From contig JAUVXV010000009.1 in assembly GCA_030603365.1 (NCBI GenBank), positions 80,568 through 144,567 of the forward strand: DNA of 64,000 nt, in the 5' to 3' direction. The position numbers were made by a program, and so were the translations under genes. The notes under the pieces were generated by a model. The model made no database searches and was not told where the DNA came from. It saw only the letters and a program-made list of their open reading frames with translations. This DNA comes from Candidatus Heimdallarchaeota archaeon (GTDB lineage: Archaea > Asgardarchaeota > Heimdallarchaeia > Heimdallarchaeales > Heimdallarchaeaceae). Below, in pieces: positions 30,749-40,112 of the stretch (positions within the stretch are counted from its first letter, which is position 1; each line of letters begins with the position of its first letter).

Positions 30749-31516
30749 ATGGTAGAATTTTGGGTATGGATAGTAGTAGGAGTAATACTGTTATTTTCTG
30801 CATTCTGGTTTTTATCTGGAATCAGAGTAGTATTAGAATATGAACGAATAGTTGTCTTCCGATTAGGCAGATACAAAAGAACGATGGGACCGGGAGTAGT
30901 TTATGTCCTTCCTGTCTTTGAAAAAGCTAGAAAGGTTGATCTCAGGATCATAACTCAAGATATTCCTAGACAAGAAGTTATGACTCGTGATAATATTCCT
31001 GTCTTAGCTAATACAGTTGTCTACTTCAAAGTTGAACGTCCAGAAGATGCAGTGATTAAAATTGAGAATTATGTTTATGCTGTTAGACAGTATACTCAAG
31101 CAGCTCTACGTGATACAATGGGTACCATGGAACTTGATCAAGTTCTTATTGAGAGAGATAAGATTGCTCAAGATATACGAAATATAGTTGACAAAGAAAC
31201 TAGTGAATGGGGAATTGATATTAAGGGAATTAAAATTCAAGAGCTTGAACTTCCTGCAGAAATGAAAAGAGCATTTGCAATGCAAGCTGAAGCAGAAAGA
31301 GAAAAAAGAGCTGCAATAATTAAATCAGAAGGTGAACTTCAAGCATCAGCAAATCTTGCAGAAGCTGCAAGTAAACTTGCGAAAAATCCAGGATCTATGC
31401 ATTTAAGAACTTTGCAGACTATCAGAGATATAGCTCAAGATCCAAGCGAGAAAATTGTTATCTTCATGCCTAGTGATTTAACAGAAGTTGCCAAGAAAGT
31501 TGTAGGTAAGAAATAA
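30749..31516 (+). CDS. SPFH/stomatin (slipin) family protein
   Basis: EYERIVVFRLGR, VDLR, QAEAEREKRA, LRTLQT. Confidence 0.92.
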   Translation: MVEFWVWIVVGVILLFSAFWFLSGIRVVLEYERIVVFRLGRYKRTMGPGVVYVLPVFEKARKVDLRIITQDIPRQEVMTRDNIPVLANTVVYFKVERPEDAVIKIENYVYAVRQYTQAALRDTMGTMELDQVLIERDKIAQDIRNIVDKETSEWGIDIKGIKIQELELPAEMKRAFAMQAEAEREKRAAIIKSEGELQASANLAEAASKLAKNPGSMHLRTLQTIRDIAQDPSEKIVIFMPSDLTEVAKKVVGKK

Positions 31517-31530
31517 AAAGGTGAGAGTTT

Positions 31531-32202
31531 TTGGGTTTAGAAACTCATAAGAGATACGTACAAATTGCTTTCAATGGCTCAGCTCAGCAGGTTCGACGAG
31601 TACTACCACAGATACCTTATGACTCAAGAATAATCATAGAGGCAGGAACTCCATATATTAAGAGAACAGGTATGGCAGGTGTCAGCCTCATCAGACGATG
31701 GTGGCGTGGGTTGATTGTTGCTGATATCAAAGTTACAGATGGAGCTGTTAAAGAAGTGATGTTCTCAGCTGCTGCAGGAGCTAATGCTGCAACTGTAATG
31801 GGTTCTGCTCCAGTTGAAACTTTGGATTACTTCGTTACATATTGTAAAAATCACAATCTCTACTCTATGATAGATATGCTAGGTGTTGATAAACCTCTAC
31901 GAAAAATGCTTCCTATGAAAACCAAACCTGATGTTGTTGTAATTCACAAAGGAAGAGATGAGGAAAGCAACAAGAGTAATATTATCAGATATAAAGACAT
32001 AGCAAAAATACATTCGAAGTATGAGAGTCTTATTTCAGTAGCAGGAGGGTTGGGTTTCAAAGATGTTAGAAAAGCTTATTTCAATGGTGCTGATATAGCT
32101 ATTCTGAATGTTACAGAACCAGACGACCCAAATGTTGGTTTACCTGATCGTTCAAACTTTAAGCGGCTAATACCTGCAATTTTAAGTGCAGTGGGTGATT
32201 AA
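31531..32202 (+). CDS. OMPDC/HUMPS family TIM barrel (3-hexulose-6-phosphate synthase-like)
   Basis: IEAGTP, VADIKVTDG, H.G.DE, VAGG. Confidence 0.75.
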   Translation: MGLETHKRYVQIAFNGSAQQVRRVLPQIPYDSRIIIEAGTPYIKRTGMAGVSLIRRWWRGLIVADIKVTDGAVKEVMFSAAAGANAATVMGSAPVETLDYFVTYCKNHNLYSMIDMLGVDKPLRKMLPMKTKPDVVVIHKGRDEESNKSNIIRYKDIAKIHSKYESLISVAGGLGFKDVRKAYFNGADIAILNVTEPDDPNVGLPDRSNFKRLIPAILSAVGD

Positions 32203-32219
32203 CCTACTCACAACTTTTT

Positions 32220-33089
32220 CTAACAATCAAAAACGAAACTTTTACCAAATGGTGCATAATTAACTCTGTTCTCACCTAATTTCTTTCTTAAAAGATGATA
32301 TGCCCTTCTACCAATACTATGATTGAAAAAGAATTTGACGTTCTTAAAATCTTGATTTAATTTATGAGCTATTTGTAAAATTATCTCTTTCTTAGCACCA
32401 TAAAGATGAACTCCACCAATTAATGTAGTTACTTTATCATTCACCAAACTCTCTGCCTTTCTGATAGTATTGCTAATCCCAGAATGGCAACAACCGCAAA
32501 TAAGTACTAATCCTTCTTTACTTTTTAATATTAGAGAAATTTCATCTAGAACTGGATCTATAGACCATTCTCCATTTACATAGTGAACAAAATAGCTAGA
32601 AATGTTTTGGTCTTCAATTCTTTCATCTAAAGATATTTCTCCCGTTGTTATCAAATAAGGCGTTATTTCTACTGGTTCTGAACTTAAATTGAATTTTATT
32701 TTATTCTTCAATTCTGGTTTTATTGAATAGATTCCAGCATTCCACAATCGTAGTTTGCCGATTTGTGCTCTTTTAGCTTCGAGAGCATTTGTATGGGCAT
32801 ATATAGGAATGATTGATTTCTTTGTTCGATTTTCTAGAAGAGCATTGAGTCCACCAGTATGATCAGAATGACCATGAGAAAAAACAATTTTGTTTATTTT
32901 GTCTGGTTTAATATCTAATATCTCCATATTCTTAATTAGAAGTCTACCAACTAAACCTAAGTCGTACATTATATGATGTCTTCCTGAAGCGATGTAGAAT
33001 GACAATCCATGACTAAATACTGAAAAAATTCCAGGATTTGTAATTCTATCATATACTGTCGTAATTGAGGTTTGCAATAAATCACTCAA
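32220..33089 (-). CDS. MBL-fold metallo-hydrolase (MJ0301-like)
   Basis: HGLS, SHGHSDHTGG, GCCHSG, GGVHL. Confidence 0.85.
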   Translation of the reverse strand: MSDLLQTSITTVYDRITNPGIFSVFSHGLSFYIASGRHHIMYDLGLVGRLLIKNMEILDIKPDKINKIVFSHGHSDHTGGLNALLENRTKKSIIPIYAHTNALEAKRAQIGKLRLWNAGIYSIKPELKNKIKFNLSSEPVEITPYLITTGEISLDERIEDQNISSYFVHYVNGEWSIDPVLDEISLILKSKEGLVLICGCCHSGISNTIRKAESLVNDKVTTLIGGVHLYGAKKEIILQIAHKLNQDFKNVKFFFNHSIGRRAYHLLRKKLGENRVNYAPFGKSFVFDC

Positions 33090-33176
33090 AGAAAGAAGCT
33101 ATTTTGACAATATAATAATATTTCGAAAAAATGGGAAAATGCTTTAAATTTGTATCAATACGTTATACATGATAAA

Positions 33177-34025
33177 ATGAAAGCTTTCATTTCTGTTGAT
33201 CTAGAAGGAATGCCCTTTGTGGTTATTCCTGGTCATTTAAACCTTAAAGGATCTCTTTATCCTGAAGCAAGAAAAATAGCTACACAAGTTACTCTTTTTG
33301 TAACTGAAGAACTTCATAAGAATGGTTTCGACAAAATAATAGTAGCGGATAGTCATGGACCAATGATAAATCTACTAGTCGATGATTTGCCTGAATGTGT
33401 TGAAATCGTGAGAGGTGGTCTTAGACCTACAAGTATGGTCGCTGGTTCAGAAGGTTGTGATGTCGGAATATTCCTTGGTTATCACGCTAAATTTGGGACC
33501 ATAAATGCAACTTTTGATCATACTTACAGCGGAGGAAGTGTAAACAAACTCGTCTTAAATGGAATTGAAGTGAGTGAGTATCTCCTGAATTCCTATACTA
33601 TAGGAGAGTTAAATATCCCTTCAATATTGGTTGCTGGAGATAAGCAATTGATAGAAGATGATGTTAAACCTTACACTCCTTGGGTTGAATCTGTAGCATT
33701 GAAAGAATCTCTTAGCAGGTTATCTGCAAAGAGTCCAAGTATGAAACTAATTGAGAGAGAATTACGAGCAGCTACTAATAAAGCTGTGATAAATGTGAAT
33801 GAAAATCTTGTGAAACCTCTTGTTCTTGAAAAACCTATCAATGTCTCTCTGACTCTGCGTGATACACATCAAGCTGATGCAGTTTCTTATCTACCTTTCA
33901 TTACTCGAAAAGATGCCCTTACAGTAGAATATGTTTCTAAAGATATGGTCGAAGCTTACAAAACATTTCAAGCAATTATGTTTATTTCTTCGGCTTCCAA
34001 CTCTATGCTTCAAAATCTCAAATAA
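33177..34025 (+). CDS. dppA: M55 family D-aminopeptidase
   Basis: SVDLEG, DSHG, GYHA, DHTY. Confidence 0.88.
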   Translation: MKAFISVDLEGMPFVVIPGHLNLKGSLYPEARKIATQVTLFVTEELHKNGFDKIIVADSHGPMINLLVDDLPECVEIVRGGLRPTSMVAGSEGCDVGIFLGYHAKFGTINATFDHTYSGGSVNKLVLNGIEVSEYLLNSYTIGELNIPSILVAGDKQLIEDDVKPYTPWVESVALKESLSRLSAKSPSMKLIERELRAATNKAVINVNENLVKPLVLEKPINVSLTLRDTHQADAVSYLPFITRKDALTVEYVSKDMVEAYKTFQAIMFISSASNSMLQNLK

Positions 34026-34122
34026 AAACGGACGAGGAAATTCCTCTGCCAAAATTTTTTTAATAAGTACTATTAAGTTAGCCCAGATACTTCACAATCA
34101 CTGAAATTTAAGAGGTTCCAAA

Positions 34123-35373
34123 TTGGGCAAGAAAAAGATACCAACTATTGTTTTTATTGCAATTCTTGTAGTTTCTATTGTTGCTCTTGATATTGTCAGA
34201 CAAGCTCAATTTAGAGGAGATAAAGATGAGATAGTTCTGAGTGTTCTCTATACAAGTGAAAAGAAAGGTTGGATTAATTCTATTGCTCCTGAATTCCCAG
34301 AATGGTTTTCTGGAAGGAATCCTGGGATGAGTGTTCGGTTAGAATTCGAAGTATTAGGAACTCGTACATCTATGTTGTCTATTTTATCAGGAGAAAGTAA
34401 GCCTACAATATGGAGTCCTGCTGCTTCTGTTTGGGTACCACTTTTTGACTGGTCCTGGGAGAAGAAATTTGGAACACATATTATTGATTTCGCTCAAGTA
34501 AAACCATTGGTTGCTTCTCCTATTATCTTAGGAACTTGGGAGAGTTACAGAGATGAAAATAATTTTACTAAATGGGCAGATTTATACGATTTAGCAAATT
34601 CTGATCTTAAACTTGCACACACTTCTGCACAAGAATCGAATTCAGGATACATGGCAGTTCTTCTTGAGATAACTGCAGCTAGTGGAAAGGAACCAGATAA
34701 AATAACTATGGCAGATTTGCAAAATACTACTATCCATGAATGGATGGAAAAAGTAGAATCGACAGCAGTTCTTTATGGGTCTTCAACTGGTTTCCTCGCT
34801 AAGCAAGCAGTACAATTAGGTCCTTCTGGTTTGAATGTGGTGATACTTTACGAGAATCTAATTATAGAAACTGCAAAAGATGGAGAAGCCTTTGCAAAAT
34901 GGGGAGATAACCTAGTAGCAGTCTATCCTGAGGAAGGGACTCTTTGGAGTGATCATCCATTTGTTATTCTTAATGCTTCTTGGGTTACTCCAGATGAACA
35001 ATTTGCTGCAACAGAATTTGAAATATTCTTGTTAAGCAAAGAGATTCAAAAACAAGCAATTCCTTTTGGTTTCAGACCTGGTAATGAAACAATAGTTAAT
35101 GATACTGATATTATAGCAGAAATGGAGCAAGTATTCAAACCTGAAAATGGGGTTGCTCTTGATATTACTATACCAAAATTCAGTGTTCCTACTGATGGAG
35201 AAGTTTTAGATAGAATCCCTGATGTATGGTTGAAAACGAGAGCAACAACACTTGAAAAAGATGAGGATGCGGAATATTGGCAGCTAGGTTATGAGGCTCT
35301 ATCTTTAATTCCTGTCGCATTTGGATCTCTAGTTCTATTAGTGATCTTTAGAAAGAAGAGGAGGGTAAAATAG
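34123..35373 (+). CDS. ABC substrate-binding protein with N- and C-terminal membrane anchors
   Basis: SEK, WSPA, SNSG, SSTG, YENL, YPEEGT..SDHP, GFRP; first gene of the ABC operon. Confidence 0.8.
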   Translation: MGKKKIPTIVFIAILVVSIVALDIVRQAQFRGDKDEIVLSVLYTSEKKGWINSIAPEFPEWFSGRNPGMSVRLEFEVLGTRTSMLSILSGESKPTIWSPAASVWVPLFDWSWEKKFGTHIIDFAQVKPLVASPIILGTWESYRDENNFTKWADLYDLANSDLKLAHTSAQESNSGYMAVLLEITAASGKEPDKITMADLQNTTIHEWMEKVESTAVLYGSSTGFLAKQAVQLGPSGLNVVILYENLIIETAKDGEAFAKWGDNLVAVYPEEGTLWSDHPFVILNASWVTPDEQFAATEFEIFLLSKEIQKQAIPFGFRPGNETIVNDTDIIAEMEQVFKPENGVALDITIPKFSVPTDGEVLDRIPDVWLKTRATTLEKDEDAEYWQLGYEALSLIPVAFGSLVLLVIFRKKRRVK

Positions 35374-37103
35374 TGGATCTGGATGACCCAAAACTTGATG
35401 TAGAAGTCAAGCTGAGAAGAACCTTACTTGCTACTGAAAAGTGGTTGTCTAAGAAAGGAGTTCTTTCTGCTGGTAAAGTTTTTACTGTTGGAATTTTCAT
35501 CCTATTAGTACTAGGTCCAATTCTTTATCTTCTTTTACAAATTATCATCAGCTGGAAAGATATTAATGCAACAGTTTTCAATGATCCAATCCTAGGAAAT
35601 GAAGCATTTCTTATGATGTTGAATTCAATTGGACTTTCGCTCAAGATAGCAGCTATTGTAACTGTTTTCGATATAATAATAGGAGTACCTATTGCTTGGA
35701 TTTTAGCGCGATATAATTTTAGAGGTAAAAATATTCTAGATACTCTAGTAGATATGCCTATGGCAGTTCCAACAAGTGCTTTAGGATTTTCTATTTATTT
35801 GTTCTGGGGAACAAACAATGGAATTTCAAGAATATTCAATTCTGAAGTTGGTCTTGTTTCTCAGGGAACATTACTAATCATTTTGGCACATGTAGCTTTT
35901 ACATTTCCTTATGTAACAAGATCAATTAGAGGGATTATTGCAGATATGGATTTAAATTTAGAAAAAGCAGGGAGAACTCTGGGAGCGTCACCTTTTACAA
36001 TTGCAAGAATGATTTCTTTACCCTTAGTTAAAGAAGGATTGTTAGCTGGAACAGTTTTAGCATTTACAAGATCTTTAGGTGAAACTGGAGCTACCCTAAT
36101 AGTAAGTGGTGTATATCAGACAGCTCCAGTAGTTATTGTCAGCTGGATGAAAGGATTAAAGATTCCTACGACCGCATTTCTAGCATTTATTCTTATCATA
36201 ATCAGTTTATCATTACTAACTTTTGTCAGATTATTTGCAAGGAAAGTTGGTCTTCCATGGAGTAAGGTTTTTCCAAAATTTGAGAGAAAATTGAGTTCCA
36301 AACCAGTAACCAGAACACGTGATGGTCTTTCTCTCTTCTTGTTTTCTGCAGTTGTATTTATCCCAGCCCTATTTGTAATTGTATTCTTGTTCCAATGGTG
36401 GGGTGGTTCACCGTTCTCAGGAGATCCACAAGCAGGAATGATTTATCAGGTGTTTCAAGCTCCAGATCAGAAGATTACGGATATTACGAATGCCCTGATC
36501 ACGTCTGTGGAAATCGCTCTAATTGTTACTGTGGTTAATGTTATTATAGCCACACCTATGGCATTCTTTATTTCGAAAATGAAAAATAAGAAACTCAAAG
36601 GGTTTCTTGATCTATTAATTGATATTCCTTTAATTATTCCAAGTTCTGCACTTGGTTTTAGTATTTTCTTCTTGTGGGGATCAAATGGGATGCATATTCT
36701 ATCACCAGGATTTATGATGATAATAGTTGCACATGTTTCTTTCACGTATTCTTATTGTGTTAGACCTCTAATCGGTTCTTTTGATGCCATACCCACAATG
36801 TATGATGAAGCCGCTACAGCTTTTGGAGCGTCAAAGTTTACGGCTTTCAGAAAAGTGACGTTTCCTTTCCTCAAAAGTGGTTTAATTGCAGCTGCAATAA
36901 TGACTTTTACCAGATCTATGAGTGAAACTGGTGCAACAATAATCTGTATGGGAGTAGAGCGAACAATACCTGTTTTATTAGTTGATTTTTTTGAAGCATC
37001 AACGTTTCCAGCAGCTGCATTTGCTGCAACAATACTGATTGTTATTTCATTCCTATTACTGTTATTATTGAGAGTATTTACAAGGGGGAAGAAAAATGAG
37101 TGA
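35373..37103 (+). CDS. ABC permease with two fused TMDs (CysT/ModB/FbpB-like)
   Basis: Two EAA loops (EKAGRTLGAS, DEAATAFGAS); FTRSLGETGA and FTRSMSETGA. Confidence 0.9.
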   Translation: MDLDDPKLDVEVKLRRTLLATEKWLSKKGVLSAGKVFTVGIFILLVLGPILYLLLQIIISWKDINATVFNDPILGNEAFLMMLNSIGLSLKIAAIVTVFDIIIGVPIAWILARYNFRGKNILDTLVDMPMAVPTSALGFSIYLFWGTNNGISRIFNSEVGLVSQGTLLIILAHVAFTFPYVTRSIRGIIADMDLNLEKAGRTLGASPFTIARMISLPLVKEGLLAGTVLAFTRSLGETGATLIVSGVYQTAPVVIVSWMKGLKIPTTAFLAFILIIISLSLLTFVRLFARKVGLPWSKVFPKFERKLSSKPVTRTRDGLSLFLFSAVVFIPALFVIVFLFQWWGGSPFSGDPQAGMIYQVFQAPDQKITDITNALITSVEIALIVTVVNVIIATPMAFFISKMKNKKLKGFLDLLIDIPLIIPSSALGFSIFFLWGSNGMHILSPGFMMIIVAHVSFTYSYCVRPLIGSFDAIPTMYDEAATAFGASKFTAFRKVTFPFLKSGLIAAAIMTFTRSMSETGATIICMGVERTIPVLLVDFFEASTFPAAAFAATILIVISFLLLLLLRVFTRGKKNE

Positions 37104-38208
37104 TATTCGTTTCCAACATGTAACAAAGATTTTTGGTAGGAAAGTAGAAGCAGTGAAAGATCTTAGTTTTGTCATAAATGATGGAGAATATGTCTCTTTA
37201 ATAGGTCCTTCTGGTTGTGGAAAAACAACCACTTTACGATTACTAGCTGGGACAATCCTGCCAACAAAGGGGCAGATATTTTTTGATGATAAACCTATGG
37301 GAAATGTTCGGATTCAAGATAGGAACATTGGCTTTGTTTTCCAGCATTTCGCAATTTTTCCTCATATGAATATTTGGGAAAATGTTGCTTATAGCCCAAC
37401 AGTGAGAGGAAGAAGTAAACGAGAAATTGAATCTCTTGTAGAGGATGCTCTCAAGTCAGTTCAAATGAGTGAAAAAGCTGAACTATATCCACCTTCTTTA
37501 TCTGCTCCTGATTGGCAAAAAACAGCTCTAGCAAGAGTATTAGCATCTGAAGCGCGAATTCTTCTTCTAGATGAACCTTTAGGAGCCCTTGACCAGAAAA
37601 TAAGAGAAGAGTTTCAAATATTCCTTCGAAATTTAGTCAAACGTGAAAAACTTACTGCAATTCATGTGACTCATGATCAAGCTGAGGCATTGACTATCAG
37701 TGATAGGGTTGCAGTTATGAATAAAGGAGAACTGATTCAATTAGGGTCACCTTCAGATTTGATTTACAATCCTAGTCACATTTTCACATCCTTCTTTGTA
37801 GGTGAATCTGATTTCTTAGAAGGTGTTATGATAACCGATGAAGAAAATGAGGTAGAAGTAAAAATTGGTCAATCAATAATTAAAACACATAATACTGGTA
37901 TTCCAAAAGGTAGAAGAGTAGCTGTTGCTGTCAGAAGAGAATTTTTCTCACTGGAAAAGATGCCAGCTGATGGTAAGGAAATTCCTAACAATTATATTTC
38001 AGGTACTATTATTCGTGATCAGTTTCTTGGACTCTTGAGACGAGTTAGTGTGCTTCTAGAAAACCAACAGATTATAGAAGCAAAGATTCATGCAAAACAC
38101 CCTGTTCATTTCAATGAAAATGATTTAGTTAAGGTGCGAATTGATCCAGCTGTAAGTAGATGTTTTGCTTATCCTAAAGAAGGAATTGCAAAGGCTTTGG
38201 AGATGTGA
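37096..38208 (+). CDS. ABC ATPase (MalK/PotA-like) with degenerate signature motif
   Basis: GPSGCGKT, VFQ, LLLDEP and THD intact; signature reads LSAPD. Confidence 0.9.
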   Translation: MSDIRFQHVTKIFGRKVEAVKDLSFVINDGEYVSLIGPSGCGKTTTLRLLAGTILPTKGQIFFDDKPMGNVRIQDRNIGFVFQHFAIFPHMNIWENVAYSPTVRGRSKREIESLVEDALKSVQMSEKAELYPPSLSAPDWQKTALARVLASEARILLLDEPLGALDQKIREEFQIFLRNLVKREKLTAIHVTHDQAEALTISDRVAVMNKGELIQLGSPSDLIYNPSHIFTSFFVGESDFLEGVMITDEENEVEVKIGQSIIKTHNTGIPKGRRVAVAVRREFFSLEKMPADGKEIPNNYISGTIIRDQFLGLLRRVSVLLENQQIIEAKIHAKHPVHFNENDLVKVRIDPAVSRCFAYPKEGIAKALEM

Positions 38209-38212
38209 TAAA

Positions 38213-39301
38213 ATGGTTAAAGTTGAATTGAAAGATGTAACAAAATTCTACGGAAAGATAAGAGGAGTTGAAAATATCAATCTTTCAATTAGCGATGGGG
38301 AATATCTTGCAGTATTAGGTGCAACAGGAGCTGGTAAAACTACTACCATGTATCTCCTTGCTGGGTTACTCTCACCATCTTCAGGAACCATTTATTTTGA
38401 TCATGAAGATATTACTAAGAAACCCGCAGAAGATAGAGATGTAGGTTTTGTGTTTGAAGAATACAATCTTTTCCCACGAATGTTAGTAGAAGATAATGTT
38501 CTATTTGGTCCTATTGTAAAAGATTTAGACATTACTGACTCTAAACAAATTGCTCGAGAATTATTTGTTCTACTCAATATTGCAGGAAAAGAGAAGAATT
38601 TTCCAGATGAAATTAGTGGCGGTCAGAAGCAAAGAGTAGCTTTAGCAAGAGCGATAGTATCAAATGCCAAGCTTCTCGTTATGGATGATCCATTAAGAGC
38701 CTTAGACGCAAAAATTAGAGAAATTTTGCAAATAGAACTCAGGAAACTTGTAAAAGATTTAGGCATAACTTGTATTCATGCAACTCACGATACTCAAGAA
38801 GCAATGAGGGTTGCAGATAGAATAGCTGTTTTTGAGGATGGAAAAATTGTTCAGATTGGTTCACCTGAAGAAGTTTACAATCATCCAAATTCATTTTATG
38901 TGGCAGATTTTCTCGGAGAAAGCACTTCAATGGAAGGAAGGATAAGCAAGAAGAAAAAGGAAAGTTTCTTCATCGCAAACAATGGTTTAGAATTTAAGGT
39001 AAAAACTGATTTGAAGGATGGAGAAGAGGCTATTGCTTTGGTTCCAGCTGAATTGTTGGATATTTTTGATGTTGAGGAAAGAGAAACCCTCAATTATGAC
39101 AATATCGTTGAGGGAAAAATACTCAATTCAAAATGTGTGGGAGAATTCAATGAAATTGAAGTAATGGTTAATGGTATCATTTTCAAAGCTAAAGATTTGA
39201 TTGGGAAGGAAGTTCCGGCGAGGAAAGGCAGCAAAATACTAGTTGCTACTGATAAAGATGATTACAGAATATTTCCAAAAGAAAAGGAGATAAAAAAATG
39301 A
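38213..39301 (+). CDS. ABC ATPase (MalK/PotA-like) with degenerate Walker B and Q-loop
   Basis: GATGAGKT and ISGGQ intact; Q-loop VFEE; Walker B LLVMDDP. Confidence 0.9.
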   Translation: MVKVELKDVTKFYGKIRGVENINLSISDGEYLAVLGATGAGKTTTMYLLAGLLSPSSGTIYFDHEDITKKPAEDRDVGFVFEEYNLFPRMLVEDNVLFGPIVKDLDITDSKQIARELFVLLNIAGKEKNFPDEISGGQKQRVALARAIVSNAKLLVMDDPLRALDAKIREILQIELRKLVKDLGITCIHATHDTQEAMRVADRIAVFEDGKIVQIGSPEEVYNHPNSFYVADFLGESTSMEGRISKKKKESFFIANNGLEFKVKTDLKDGEEAIALVPAELLDIFDVEERETLNYDNIVEGKILNSKCVGEFNEIEVMVNGIIFKAKDLIGKEVPARKGSKILVATDKDDYRIFPKEKEIKK

Positions 39302-39382
39302 AAAAGGAAGTAAAATCAGAGAAAGTTAATAAACAATCTCACATAGTTAAGAATATAGATTCCTTAGTAGAGGGGATTTTAA

Positions 39383-40051
39383 ATGAGTAATAGAGAGCTT
39401 AAACAATGGTTAAGTCGTAGACGTGAATCAAGAATATTGAAACGTATAAGAGACCATTTGATTTACGTGAATAGTTGTATTATTAAAGGTAAAGATTTCT
39501 ATAAATTCTGGATTGAGAAAGATGAAGAAGCTTCTAAAAACATGTACGAAATTATCTTTCAAGAAGAAAAGACTGCAGATGGTGTTGAAGCCGATATAAT
39601 CGACATGCTTTCTGAAGGTAGAACTCCAGAGTATGTCAGAGCAGATCTTATGACTTTCATAAGAACAGCTGATAGAGCTGCAGGCAATGCAAAAAGAGGA
39701 GTTAAGAATCTTCTTTTACTCATCAACCACGAATTTCCAAAAGGTATCACTGATTTAATTGGTAAAATTTTCGACCTACTTGCAGAGGAAATTGATGCTT
39801 TCATAAAAGTATTTGATACCATGTTTAAAGTTGAACATCCAGAATTACTAGAGAATATTGCTAAAGTAGATAGAATTGAATCTTCGATAGATACTATCTA
39901 TGGTAATCTCAAGTTTGAAATAGCTTATAATACTGAAAACGTCCCTGCAGGAGCACTCATTATCTTGGATCATGCTATTAAAGATCTTGAAGATGTATCT
40001 GATTTGGTTGAAGATTGTGCTGATATGATCAGAAGTATGGTTCTACTTTAG
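39383..40051 (+). CDS. DUF47 / PhoU-like phosphate transport regulator
   Basis: EKTAD, IESSID, LEDVSDLVEDCAD. Confidence 0.8.
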   Translation: MSNRELKQWLSRRRESRILKRIRDHLIYVNSCIIKGKDFYKFWIEKDEEASKNMYEIIFQEEKTADGVEADIIDMLSEGRTPEYVRADLMTFIRTADRAAGNAKRGVKNLLLLINHEFPKGITDLIGKIFDLLAEEIDAFIKVFDTMFKVEHPELLENIAKVDRIESSIDTIYGNLKFEIAYNTENVPAGALIILDHAIKDLEDVSDLVEDCADMIRSMVLL

Positions 40052-40112
40052 TCTCTATGAATAACTATGATTAGCTAAATGGTTAACTGAAACATTTTTA
40101 TTCATCAAATCT

